Below, in pieces: positions 1-7,598 of a stretch of DNA of 15,902 nt (position 1 is the stretch's first letter; every line of letters starts with the position of its first letter). Both the position numbers and the translations under genes were made by a program. The notes beneath the pieces were generated by a model that saw only the letters and a program-made list of their open reading frames with translations, was not told the DNA's origin and searched no databases. The stretch lies in the NCBI GenBank assembly GCA_036338555.1, contig JAYZBY010000030.1, positions 1-15,902 on the forward strand. The letters are read 5' to 3'. The stretch is from Acidobacteriota bacterium. GTDB lineage: Bacteria; Acidobacteriota; UBA6911; RPQK01; JADFOI01.

Positions 1-129
1 AAGCTGGCCGACCTGGTGGTGCTGGGTGGGGACTACCTGAGCTTTCCCGAAAACGATCTGGACAAGCTGAGAATCCTGATGACGGTTCTGGGAGGGCGCA
101 TCGTGCATGAAGCGTCCGGCGCCTTTTAA
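1..129 (+). CDS. Amidohydrolase-3 family (COG1574-like) metal-dependent hydrolase. Only the C-terminal 42 codons are present; the 5' end lies outside the window.
   Basis: Frame-1 translation is KLADLVVLGGDYLSFPENDLDKLRILMTVLGGRIVHEASGAF*, with TAA at 127-129. It is a near-copy of the C-termini of the 754..2520 product (KLADLVVLAGDYMTFPETDLEKLRVLMTIAGGAVVYQVEDAF) and the 11075..12814 product (KLADLVVLGRDILTVPQEEIRDIPVLMTMIGGKFVY). Confidence 0.7.
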   Translation, partial: KLADLVVLGGDYLSFPENDLDKLRILMTVLGGRIVHEASGAF

Positions 130-205
130 GGAACCTGGATGGTGCCCAGGTGGCCGGTGACGAACCGACTATCCCCACCTTTGAGATGTATGTCCCGACT
201 CTTGA

Positions 206-478
206 GACCAATTTGAGGAGGGCGATCCTCATTGTCTATTTCGGGTCGATCTTTTACGTTTTCGGCTCAGGTATGCTTTCAACACCCGGACGTTCCTCGA
301 TACCTTCATTCAGTACAACAGTGAGGAAGATAGCGTCACCTCCAATGTACGCTTCAATTTGATTCACCATCCACTAAGTGATCTTTTCCTGGTTTACACC
401 GAAGAGCGACCCAGCAGCGGCGAGAACCAGACAGATCGAGTCATCTCCGTCAAGTACACCCATTTATTGGGCTTTTGA
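206..478 (+). pseudogene. Stop-free 90-codon frame with no ATG start; possibly the 3' remnant of a decayed gene in the 620-bp gap between two amidohydrolase paralogues.
   Basis: The frame starting at 206 reads DQFEEGDPHCLFRVDLFTFRLRYAFNTRTFLDTFIQYNSEEDSVTSNVRFNLIHHPLSDLFLVYTEERPSSGENQTDRVISVKYTHLLGF* (TGA at 476-478). The composition is protein-like and ends in Phe, but there is no start codon or RBS. GC content is lower than in the flanking genes. This could equally be a chance open frame. Confidence 0.12.
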
Positions 479-543
479 CAGGTCGTGTGTGATGTGAGAC
501 GGCTCTGACTTCTCTTGACAGGCTGAGTGCCCAATTCTAGACT
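475..543 (+). promoter_or_regulatory. Candidate sigma-70-type promoter for the 754..2520 gene, with a direct repeat of TTGACAGG.
   Basis: TTGACAGG occurs at 475-482 and again at 515-522. The second copy gives TTGACA (515-520), a 17-nt spacer, then TAGACT (538-543), about 200 nt upstream of the ATG at 754. The -10 match is weak. Confidence 0.2.
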
Positions 544-753
544 AGTCCCTATTAAGCTGAAGCCGGATAGAAAAGGGGGACCACGAGCTACTTCTGGTCC
601 TGATTTAAAATGCACCTGAGCAGTTCTTTTGTCATCATTAGCTTTGAATATCCAACGAAGCTGGAATACCCAAAATCCTGGTTACCAATGAAAGGAGATG
701 GCACGATTGGACGGGGTCGGCGAATAGCCTGAACTTCCACTCTGCTACCCACT

Positions 754-2520
754 ATGAGACACAACATGACTCGGAAAAATAGAGGTTGCATTCATCATTT
801 GGCGGTAGTGGGCATCTTGCTTGCCGTGTTCCAGACAGGATTAGGGCAAAGTGCCGCGACCCTTCCTCCGGAAGTGGTCGCCTACGCCGATATGATTTTC
901 TACAACGGCAAAATCATCAGCGCAGATGAGCAGTTCACGATCGCCGAAGCCGTGGCGATCCGAGACGGGAAATTTCTGGCAGTGGGTACCACCCAGAGAA
1001 TTCTTGCCATGGCGGGTCCCGAGACGCAACGAGTGGATCTGGAGGGGCGAAGCGTGGTGCCCGGCTTCATCGACACTCACCTGCACTCCGCCTGGGTGAC
1101 GCGCCCGGCGCGAGACCGCAGTGTGCCTGCTCCATTCAGCGATCGGGATATAAATTGGGACACCCTTGAGAGTGCCCTGGAGGGTTTGCGAACCCTGGTC
1201 GAGGGAGCCGAGCCGGAAGAATTCTTCGCCCTGAGCGGCCCCAGCAACCCGGTCGTCAACCACGAATTGAACCGAACCATTTTGGATCAAGTTGCTCCTG
1301 ACAATCCCCTTTACATCGAGGCCATGAACGACCAGGTGGTGGCCAATAGTCTGGTTTTGGAGAGGATTCCCAAGGACGTTCCGGGCATCGTGCGGGATGA
1401 GGACGGAGAGTTGACGGGCCACCTCAGGGGCGCAGCTGCTGGGATTCCAGGTTTCGAACTGGAGCCTTGGCCGGAGATCGAGTCTTTGATGGAGCCTCAA
1501 AAGGCCTCCTTTCGGCGTCACAACGAGCTGGGATTGACCACCCTGATGGGCCGGGCCGGAGGCCTGGAGGTCACGGTTTTCCGGGACCTGATGATGCGCG
1601 GTGAGTTGACGATGAGAGTGCGTGTGGCGCACCATTTCCTGCGCCAGAACGGCTATCCTGAAGCTTATCTGAAGAGACTGGGCAACCTGACCGACTTCGG
1701 AAACGACTGGTTCAAGATCATCGGGACTTCGGTCCAGGTCGTTGACGGAACCTCCAGCAATGGATCGGCCAACACTGCCAGCGCCAAGCTCAAGCTTCTG
1801 CCGGGAGATCCCTACGGACCTTTTGGGATGAACAAGTGGGAGGAAAGCGGCGATTTGGCTACCAGCGATCGTCAAAGTCTCATTCTGGCCAATCGTTACG
1901 GTTGGTCGGTCTCCTCGCTGCACAGCAGCGGCGATATGAGCAATACCCTGATGCTGGAAGCCTTCGAGGAAGCCCACCAGGAACGATCTCTGGTCGGTCG
2001 CCATTTTGGAATCGACCACGGCTTGATGTTGAAGCCGGAGCATTACGAGAAGATCAAGGAAATGGATGTCATTCCCAGTATCTATTCCAAAGCCATGTAC
2101 GGCAATGATGCACTGGTTGAGATGTACGGAATGGACGAGGTTTACAAGATGCAGCCCGTCAAATCCATGATCGAGGCCGGTATCAGGCCGGCCGCGGAGG
2201 CGGACGCTTTCACTCACCAGACGGCGGCACCTCTTTTCAACATCCAGAACTGGGTGACGCGCATCGACCAGAAAGGGCGCCAGCTGGATCCGGAAGAGAA
2301 GATCAGCCGGGAAGAGGCCCTTTATCTGTACACCCTCTGGGCCGCAGCCTACAGCGGCGAGCAGGATATTCTGGGTTCCATCGAGCCCGGAAAACTGGCC
2401 GACCTGGTGGTGTTGGCCGGAGACTACATGACCTTTCCCGAAACTGACCTCGAGAAACTGCGGGTTTTGATGACCATCGCAGGCGGGGCGGTTGTGTATC
2501 AAGTCGAGGACGCTTTCTAG
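754..2520 (+). CDS. Secreted amidohydrolase-3 family (COG1574/YtcJ-like) metal-dependent hydrolase, paralogue 1.
   Basis: 588-aa ORF with an N-terminal signal peptide (MRHNMTRKNRGCIHHLAVVGILLAVFQTGLGQSAA). The N-domain YNGKIISADEQFTIAEAVAIRDGKFLAVG...DLEGRSVVPGFIDTHLHS is typical of the family (HxH metal site), and the C-terminal GKLADLVVL motif is present. An alternative ATG lies at 766. The 553-aa antisense ORF inside it is a GC-bias artefact. Confidence 0.85.
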   Translation: MRHNMTRKNRGCIHHLAVVGILLAVFQTGLGQSAATLPPEVVAYADMIFYNGKIISADEQFTIAEAVAIRDGKFLAVGTTQRILAMAGPETQRVDLEGRSVVPGFIDTHLHSAWVTRPARDRSVPAPFSDRDINWDTLESALEGLRTLVEGAEPEEFFALSGPSNPVVNHELNRTILDQVAPDNPLYIEAMNDQVVANSLVLERIPKDVPGIVRDEDGELTGHLRGAAAGIPGFELEPWPEIESLMEPQKASFRRHNELGLTTLMGRAGGLEVTVFRDLMMRGELTMRVRVAHHFLRQNGYPEAYLKRLGNLTDFGNDWFKIIGTSVQVVDGTSSNGSANTASAKLKLLPGDPYGPFGMNKWEESGDLATSDRQSLILANRYGWSVSSLHSSGDMSNTLMLEAFEEAHQERSLVGRHFGIDHGLMLKPEHYEKIKEMDVIPSIYSKAMYGNDALVEMYGMDEVYKMQPVKSMIEAGIRPAAEADAFTHQTAAPLFNIQNWVTRIDQKGRQLDPEEKISREEALYLYTLWAAAYSGEQDILGSIEPGKLADLVVLAGDYMTFPETDLEKLRVLMTIAGGAVVYQVEDAF

Positions 2521-2686
2521 GGCAGCGCCAAAATCATCCGGCCTGACTGTGTTTCAAGACCCGTAAGGCGGGTGCCCATCGGCCATCCTCGACGTACTTA
2601 CCGTACGCCTGCGGTGACCTCCCTTCGCGCGCCTGGTCGGCCGGATGGATTCGTTGCTGCAGTAGAGACCCACTGCACTGTTCGGC

Positions 2687-4156
2687 TTAAAGGATGGGGG
2701 CGAAGATGAAGTGGATTGTCACCGAAATCACCATCAAAAACGCGGTGCCCACGACTCCCACCTTGATCATCTCCTTCATGTCCAGGTAACCGGAGGCGAA
2801 TGCCGTCCCGGCTGAGGCACCCGACCAGGGAAACAGGATTCCCACGGCCAGGTTGGTGACGAGAATGGCGATGCTGACCGGGTTGAATCCCAACTCCATG
2901 GCGGCCGGAATAAAAATGCTGCAAAAGAGGGTGGCGGCGGCGGTTCCTGAAAAAAGGTTGGTGCCCACCACCACCGAACCGGCGGCCACAAAGGGAAGTC
3001 CGGTGGCGCCGATTCCCAGTCCCCCGAGGATTCCCTGTGCGTATTCCAGAACCCCGAAGTCCATGAGGGCGTCAGCCATGGCGACTCCACTCGTGCACAG
3101 GAAGATGATGTTCCACGGGGCTTTCTGAGCCACATCGTTCCAGACCAGGGTTCCCTCGGCCTTCTTGAGGTTAACGGGCAGGAGGAAAAGGAGAATCAGG
3201 ACGGTGGGGGGCACCACCCAGGTGGCCAGAGCGCCCCGCAGATAAAGGGCAAGAGGATGTTGTGCTCCCAGCACCAGAGCGACAATTGAGGGCCCCGTGA
3301 ACATCAGGACCATGGCGCCAAAGGCCACCAGAACATTGATTTCCGCTCGGGTCAGCTTACCCAGCTTTCGAAGCTCGTCCTGGATGAAATCGCTTCCTCC
3401 CGGGATCCTGCTGATTTCCGGTGGGAAGAAGAAACGCAGCAGAAGCCAGAAGGTCACCAGAAGTGTGGCAGAAAGCGGTACTCCTACCTTCATCCATCTA
3501 AACCAGCTGATGTATTCCCCGGCCAGACTATCCGAGAGGGCCACCGCGATGACGTTGTGAGGACCTCCTGCCAGAGTTCCCACGCCCCCGGCGACGGCGC
3601 CGTACAGCGTTCCCAGGGCCAGAAAGGAGGCCAGGCGGCTCTTTTGGCCTGGCGGAGGATTGATGTCTCCCACACTGGAGATGTAGGCAAAAAGGGACAT
3701 GCCGATCGGCATCATCATGGCGATCACACCGGCATCGGCAATGAACCAGGAGAGGATGGCGGCCACGAACATGTACATGAAGGTGAGGGCGGCCGTACTG
3801 TTGGCGACTCCCTTGAGTCGCAGGAAGACCAGCGCAATGCGTTTGGCCACCCCGTGTTTCTCCAGGGCATAGCCCAGCATGGAAATGCCCAGCAGCCAGA
3901 AGAAAAGTCTCTGGCCGTAAAGACCCGTGGCATCTCTGATCGACATGACCTGGAATACAGGGAAAACGAACAGTGGAAGCAGCGCCGTGATGCCCCAGGG
4001 TATCGGCCGAGCCATCCACCAGAACACCGCCCAGACGAAGGTGGCCAGGGTGACCTGACCTTCGTAGGAAAGGCCTTCCATGGGTGCCAGGTAGACGGCA
4101 ACAAAGACAGCCGGTCCACAAAGTATCTTCAGCAGGGGGCCCAAGTTGCTATGCAT
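2687..4156 (-). CDS. Polytopic anion permease of the ArsB/NhaD superfamily, DASS/SLC13-like (di/tricarboxylate or sulfate:Na+ symporter type).
   Basis: 489-aa highly hydrophobic product with at least 12 predicted TM segments. It has hairpin-tip-like motifs GVANSTAALT and GGPHNVIAV, which resemble the SNT / PPNAIV motifs of DASS transporters. No clear SD sits upstream of the ATG at 4156. Internal same- and opposite-strand ORFs are artefacts. Confidence 0.75.
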   Translation of the reverse strand: MHSNLGPLLKILCGPAVFVAVYLAPMEGLSYEGQVTLATFVWAVFWWMARPIPWGITALLPLFVFPVFQVMSIRDATGLYGQRLFFWLLGISMLGYALEKHGVAKRIALVFLRLKGVANSTAALTFMYMFVAAILSWFIADAGVIAMMMPIGMSLFAYISSVGDINPPPGQKSRLASFLALGTLYGAVAGGVGTLAGGPHNVIAVALSDSLAGEYISWFRWMKVGVPLSATLLVTFWLLLRFFFPPEISRIPGGSDFIQDELRKLGKLTRAEINVLVAFGAMVLMFTGPSIVALVLGAQHPLALYLRGALATWVVPPTVLILLFLLPVNLKKAEGTLVWNDVAQKAPWNIIFLCTSGVAMADALMDFGVLEYAQGILGGLGIGATGLPFVAAGSVVVGTNLFSGTAAATLFCSIFIPAAMELGFNPVSIAILVTNLAVGILFPWSGASAGTAFASGYLDMKEMIKVGVVGTAFLMVISVTIHFIFAPIL

Positions 4157-4252
4157 AATTTGTCTGATTAGCTTTTATAACCCAAGCCGCCGCCGGTAGC
4201 AAGGCCAAACAGGTTTTCTCCGAGGACTTGACTCGAAGTCCCCATTTGCGAT

Positions 4253-4284
4253 TGTATAACCTGGTTCAAGCAGTATTTTGAACC
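4253..4284 (+). promoter_or_regulatory. Candidate -10 element (TGTATAAC, 4253-4260) followed by a perfect inverted repeat GGTTCAA-N8-TTGAACC (4263-4284), immediately upstream of the glcG-like gene. Possible operator.
   Basis: The 7-bp perfect inverted repeat arms are 4263-4269 and 4278-4284. It sits between a TATAAC hexamer with an adjacent TG and the SD AGAGGAG at 4290-4296. No good -35 is present (TTGACT at 4228-4233 is 21 nt away). Confidence 0.25.
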
Positions 4285-4307
4285 CGGCAGAGAGGAGTGG
4301 CAGCCGA

Positions 4308-4763
4308 ATGCTGAGCATCAACAGGCTTTCCCTGGATGAAGCCAATATCCTGATAGAAGGGGCTGAGGAGAAGTCCCGCGAAATCGAAGTGCCCATGTGT
4401 ATCGCCGTGGCCGATGAGTCGGGAAATCTGATTGCCTTCACCCGGATGGACGGTGCCAAGATCTCGAGCATCTCTATCGCGATCGACAAGGCCTTTACAG
4501 GGGCCGCTGCACGCAAAGGGACTCATGAATACAATCAATTGTGTGTTCCCGGCCAGCCCACTTTTGGAATCCATGTAACCAATCAGGGACGATTCTCGAT
4601 TATCGGAGGAGGCCTTCCCATCGTGATGGATGACGATGTGGTGGGGGGCATCGGACTCAGTTCCGGCACGGCGGGACAGGACCAGGTGGTGGCCCAGGGA
4701 GCGGTTGACTATTTCTTTAGCAAGATCAGCTCTGCCAAACAACCCGACTCAGCAACATCATAG
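4308..4763 (+). CDS. GlcG/HbpS-like (DUF336, haem-binding/degrading-like) small protein.
   Basis: The product starting at the ATG at 4308 reads MLSINRLSLDEANILIEGAEEKSREIEVPMCIAVADESGNLIAFTRMDGAKISSISIAIDKAFTGAAARKG...GGLPI...GGIGLSSGTAGQDQVVAQ, matching the GlcG/PduO-C family pattern. A strong SD AGAGGAG lies 11 nt upstream. The ORF-track start at 4278 is a TTG and is less likely. Confidence 0.75.
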   Translation: MLSINRLSLDEANILIEGAEEKSREIEVPMCIAVADESGNLIAFTRMDGAKISSISIAIDKAFTGAAARKGTHEYNQLCVPGQPTFGIHVTNQGRFSIIGGGLPIVMDDDVVGGIGLSSGTAGQDQVVAQGAVDYFFSKISSAKQPDSATS

Positions 4764-4781
4764 ATTAGGAGAAAGACGCTA

Positions 4782-5234
4782 ATGCTATTGGAAGGTGATT
4801 TTATAGTCCAGGCTGCTCGTGAAAAGGCATACGGATTTTTGGTTGATCCCGAACAGGTTGGCAACCATCTGCCCGATGTTGAGGAGCTCGATGTCGAAGA
4901 TCAGGAAAACTTCACGGTGAAAGCCAAGGTGGGAGTTTCTTATATCAAGGGCTCCATGGTGATGAAGCTTCAGATTCTGGACAAGGAACCACCAGTGAGC
5001 GCGAAGGTGGTGGGCAAGGGATCGGGTATGGCCAGTGTTGTGGACATGACGACCCACTTCAATCTGGAGGAAGTCGGAGCAGGGGAGACAAAAATTAACT
5101 GGTCCGGGGAGGTAGCCGTGGGGGGTAAACTGGCCTCCTTCGGCGGCGGCGGGCTTCTCGAACGGGTCGCCAAGAAGAACCTGGAAAAGTTTGTCGCCGG
5201 CATCAAGGCAGGGATCGAAGCGATGGATCCCTGA
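4782..5234 (+). CDS. CoxG-like SRPBCC-superfamily protein (carbon monoxide dehydrogenase subunit G family, function unknown).
   Basis: 150-aa product MLLEGDFIVQAAREKAYGFLVDPEQVGNHLPDVEEL...KLASFGGGGLLERVAKKNLEKFVAGIKAGIEA resembles CoxG (PF06240-type). SD AGGAGA lies 10 nt upstream. It starts 18 nt after the glcG-like stop. Confidence 0.75.
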   Translation: MLLEGDFIVQAAREKAYGFLVDPEQVGNHLPDVEELDVEDQENFTVKAKVGVSYIKGSMVMKLQILDKEPPVSAKVVGKGSGMASVVDMTTHFNLEEVGAGETKINWSGEVAVGGKLASFGGGGLLERVAKKNLEKFVAGIKAGIEAMDP

Positions 5235-5235
5235 C

Positions 5236-5461
5236 CACGGAGACACGAAGAAGAATTTAACCACAAAGACACCAAGACACAGAGAAGGAAACTGAGTCAG
5301 GGCGGGACGCCCTAACTCAGACTCTGTCGCTCTTTTGGAGCGAGGCCGGAGCTGTGGCGAGCCATTTTCCGGAATGTGGACAAACTCCTGTCGTTCCTTT
5401 AGAGCGATATTCAACAGGTTAATGTAGGGGCGCACTGAGTGCGCCCACAGCAAGGTCGTAG
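5236..5461. repeat. Copy A of a modular, hairpin-rich intergenic repeat family; a full unit of about 225 bp.
   Basis: Modules recur at 12826..13016. M1 is an octamer microsatellite (CACRRAGA)n at 5238-5255 and 5261-5288. M2 is a 13-bp-stem hairpin CTGAGTCAGGGCG-GGA-CGCCCTAACTCAG at 5292-5320. M3 is CTCTGTCGCTCTTTTGGAGCGAG at 5322-5344, and a second M3-like copy sits at 5386-5408. M4 is GTAGGGGCGCAC-TGAG-TGCGCCCACAGCAAGGTCGTAG at 5424-5461. Confidence 0.6.
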
Positions 5462-5499
5462 TAATGGCCTCCGGAATCGACGCGGGACTCCCGTCTTCT

Positions 5500-5720
5500 T
5501 GTCAGCTGTCAGTTGTCAGCTTTTCTTCGGCGCCTCCCCCACTCCGGACTCTTCCTTCTGGATTTTGAATTCTGGATTCTTCTTATCGGCCCCTCCCACT
5601 ATAAAAAATCAGAAGTCCTAAATCAGAAATCCCAAATCCAAAATCCGAAGTCCCAACGCCGGGCTAGTTTCCACTGCACCATTGAACTATTGCACAAACA
5701 CACGATTGCACGAACGCACG
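5500..5720. repeat. Low-complexity block of short degenerate tandem repeats in the amtB leader.
   Basis: (TGTCAGY)x3 at 5500-5520. TTCTGGATT twice at 5556-5580. CGGCGCCTCCCCCACTCC is paired with a similar CGGCCCCTCCCACTA. AAATC[AC]RAARTCCC-like units repeat about 4 times at 5608-5657. A 16-mer direct repeat ATTGCACAAACACACG / ATTGCACGAACGCACG lies at 5689-5720. Confidence 0.45.
5689..5720 (+). promoter_or_regulatory. Tandem 16-bp direct repeat (ATTGCAC-R-AAC-R-CACG x2) about 200 bp upstream of amtB; candidate binding site for a nitrogen-responsive regulator.
   Basis: The two adjacent 16-mers differ at 2 positions. Their placement in the amtB leader suggests an activator or repressor site. 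No canonical sigma-54 (GG-N10-GC) or NtcA (GTA-N8-TAC) motif was found nearby. Confidence 0.2.
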
Positions 5721-5832
5721 ACCACAACCATCCGTTCATACCGCCCATTTTCTCATTTCTGACCATCTTTTATTTAATGAAATCTTCTATTTAGTTGATT
5801 TTTTAAGTTAAAAACAAAAAATATCCTAATAT

Positions 5833-5863
5833 TTGATTTATTTTCACTGCTGGAGCTTAAAAT
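5833..5863 (+). promoter_or_regulatory. Weak candidate sigma-70 promoter for amtB.
   Basis: TTGATT (5833-5838), a 19-nt spacer, then TAAAAT (5858-5863), about 55 nt upstream of the amtB ATG. The spacer is suboptimal. The region is very AT-rich, so chance matches are likely. Confidence 0.15.
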
Positions 5864-5916
5864 GATTCGGTGAGGAATGCTTCAGTCTTGACGAGAAAAA
5901 AAAAGGAGAGCCTGGA

Positions 5917-7236
5917 ATGCGAATAAAGGCCCTGGTGAGCACTCTGGTGGTGTTTTCGGCCTTCACCGGACCACTGCAGGCGGCTGACACCAGCGATCCC
6001 TGGGTGGCACTCGACACTCTCTGGGTGCTTATTGCCGCTTTCATGGTGTTCTTCATGCAGGCCGGCTTCGGAATGGTGGAGGCCGGTCTGATTCGTTCCA
6101 AGAACGCCGGCAACATCCTGATGAAAAACATGATGGATTTTTGTATGGCCTCGCTGGGGTTTTTCATCTGCGGATATGCGCTGATGTTCGGGGGCGAGGG
6201 GCCGCTGCTCGGATCCCAGGGTTGGCTGCTCATGAATGTGGAGTCCCCGGTAGGGATTCCATTGCATGCATTCTGGATGTTTCAAGCCGCCTTTTGTGGT
6301 GCTGCCGCGACGATTGTGGCAGGGGGTATGGCTGAGCGGATGAGGTTCGTTGCCTACCTGATGTATTCGTTTGTCATTTCCGCAGTTGTATATCCGATTG
6401 TGGGTCACTGGATCTGGGGCGGAGGCTGGTTGGCTGGGCTGAGCTTTTACGACTTTGCCGGTTCGACGGTGGTTCATGCAGTGGGAGGGTTTACCGCGCT
6501 GGTGGGCACTATACTGCTCAAGCCGCGCACCGGAAAATTCAATTCAGACGGTTCCCCCAACTTCATTGGCGGCCATAACATGCCCCTGGTCTCGCTGGGT
6601 GTTTTTGTCCTCTGGTTTGGCTGGTTTGGTTTCAACGGGGGTTCGACGCTGGGCATGGGGGACCCGGATCTGGTGGCGCGTATTGTCATCAATACCAATC
6701 TGGCCGCCGGTGCCGGGGCGATAGCCGCCATGTTCACGGCCTGGGCCAAGTTCGGAAAACCTGATCTGGCTCTTTCGTTCAATGGAGCCCTTGCCGGGTT
6801 GGTCGCCATCACCGCACCCTGCGCGGTGGTGACGCCGGGAAGTGCCATTTATATAGGCATCATAGGCGGCATCCTGTGTGTTTACGGCGTCCTTTGGCTG
6901 GATCGTTTCGGTGTCGATGATCCCATCGGAGCCGTCCCCGTTCATGCCTTCAACGGCGTGTGGGGGACCCTTGCCGTGGGTCTGTTTGGACAATCAGTTC
7001 TGGGATCCCCGCAAAGTGGAGTGTTCTACGGAGGTGGATTCTCACAACTGGGCATTCAGGCTCTGGGCGCAATCAGCGTAGCGGTCTTTGTCATGGGCTC
7101 CATGTGGCTGGTATTTAAAACCATCGATGCTCTGGTTGGTCTGCGCGTCTCCGAGGTGGAAGAACTGCGTGGGTTGGATATCGGAGAGCATGGGATGGAG
7201 TCCTACAGTGGTTTTCAGATCTTCATTACCGAATAG
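5917..7236 (+). CDS. amtB: Ammonium transporter (Amt family) with N-terminal signal peptide.
   Basis: 439 aa. Signal peptide [24 protein letters not shown]. Amt signatures are present: [25 protein letters not shown], twin-His (VVHAVGG ... [14 protein letters not shown]), and the [10 protein letters not shown] motif. SD AAGGAGA lies 7 nt upstream. Confidence 0.95.
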   Translation: MRIKALVSTLVVFSAFTGPLQAADTSDPWVALDTLWVLIAAFMVFFMQAGFGMVEAGLIRSKNAGNILMKNMMDFCMASLGFFICGYALMFGGEGPLLGSQGWLLMNVESPVGIPLHAFWMFQAAFCGAAATIVAGGMAERMRFVAYLMYSFVISAVVYPIVGHWIWGGGWLAGLSFYDFAGSTVVHAVGGFTALVGTILLKPRTGKFNSDGSPNFIGGHNMPLVSLGVFVLWFGWFGFNGGSTLGMGDPDLVARIVINTNLAAGAGAIAAMFTAWAKFGKPDLALSFNGALAGLVAITAPCAVVTPGSAIYIGIIGGILCVYGVLWLDRFGVDDPIGAVPVHAFNGVWGTLAVGLFGQSVLGSPQSGVFYGGGFSQLGIQALGAISVAVFVMGSMWLVFKTIDALVGLRVSEVEELRGLDIGEHGMESYSGFQIFITE

Positions 7237-7244
7237 AAGTCGAA

Positions 7245-7586
7245 ATGAAACTCATCATCGCAATCATTCAACCCCATCAGCTGCCTGCTGTTAAACAATC
7301 GCTCTACGATGCTCAGGTGTACAAAATAACGGTATCCAATGCTTTGGGCTACGGCGAAGAGGAGGGCTATCAGCAGACCTTTCGAGGAGTGGAACGTGAG
7401 GTGAACCTTCTCAAGAAAGTTCGCCTCGAGATCGCCGTCAATGATGATTTCGTTGAAGCGACTGTTGCGGCTATTAGAGATGGCGCTCGAACCAACAATG
7501 TGGGCGACGGGAAAATCTTCATCACCGATTTGCAGGAATGTATCCGAATTCGCACCGGCGAGAGAGGAGATCTTGCAATTGGTTGA
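7245..7586 (+). CDS. glnK: P-II nitrogen regulatory protein (amt-linked GlnK type) with a divergent T-loop.
   Basis: 113 aa. It aligns without gaps to E. coli GlnB: B-loop [10 protein letters not shown] (positions 83-92), C-terminal RIRTGE (101-106) and K58 are conserved. The T-loop reads G37-EEE-G41[10 protein letters not shown], where canonical P-II has RQK at 38-40, Tyr46 and Tyr51. It starts 8 nt after the amtB stop. Confidence 0.9.
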   Translation: MKLIIAIIQPHQLPAVKQSLYDAQVYKITVSNALGYGEEEGYQQTFRGVEREVNLLKKVRLEIAVNDDFVEATVAAIRDGARTNNVGDGKIFITDLQECIRIRTGERGDLAIG

Positions 7587-7598
7587 TCGTGAGGACCA

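Noticed and set aside
280-345. Glutamine riboswitch (glnA RNA motif)-like GAAGG...GGAACG sequence on the minus strand.
   Set aside because: It lies on the wrong strand, not upstream of any gene, and I could not assemble the conserved stems from it.
841-2502. 553-aa minus-strand ORF, plus the analogous 453-aa minus ORF at 11171..12532.
   Set aside because: Both lie entirely antisense to well-supported amidohydrolase genes. Their products are low-complexity and Arg/Gly/Pro-rich, typical of GC-bias shadow ORFs.
2521-2686. Rho-independent terminator between the convergent amidohydrolase and transporter genes.
   Set aside because: There are only short, imperfect GC stems and no following T-tract. 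Nothing I could support as a terminator.
3528-4171. Several overlapping 130-200-aa ORFs on both strands inside the transporter gene, and similarly 9519..10205 minus inside the flotillin gene.
   Set aside because: These are alternative frames of strongly supported genes. Their compositions are not protein-like (RG-rich, or Ala/Ser-rich from the Ala/Glu repeat read in another frame).
5236-5461. Whether the repeated modules could be a CRISPR array.
   Set aside because: The units are heterogeneous modules rather than identical direct repeats with regular, unique spacers, and there are only two loci. The pattern fits a REP/MITE-like family, not CRISPR.
5640-5916. Sigma-54 (TGGCAC-N5-TTGCA) promoter or NtcA box upstream of amtB.
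   Set aside because: The nearest look-alike, CTGCACC...TATTGCA, has the wrong spacing (16, where 11 is needed) and no GG. No GTA-N8-TAC motif was found.
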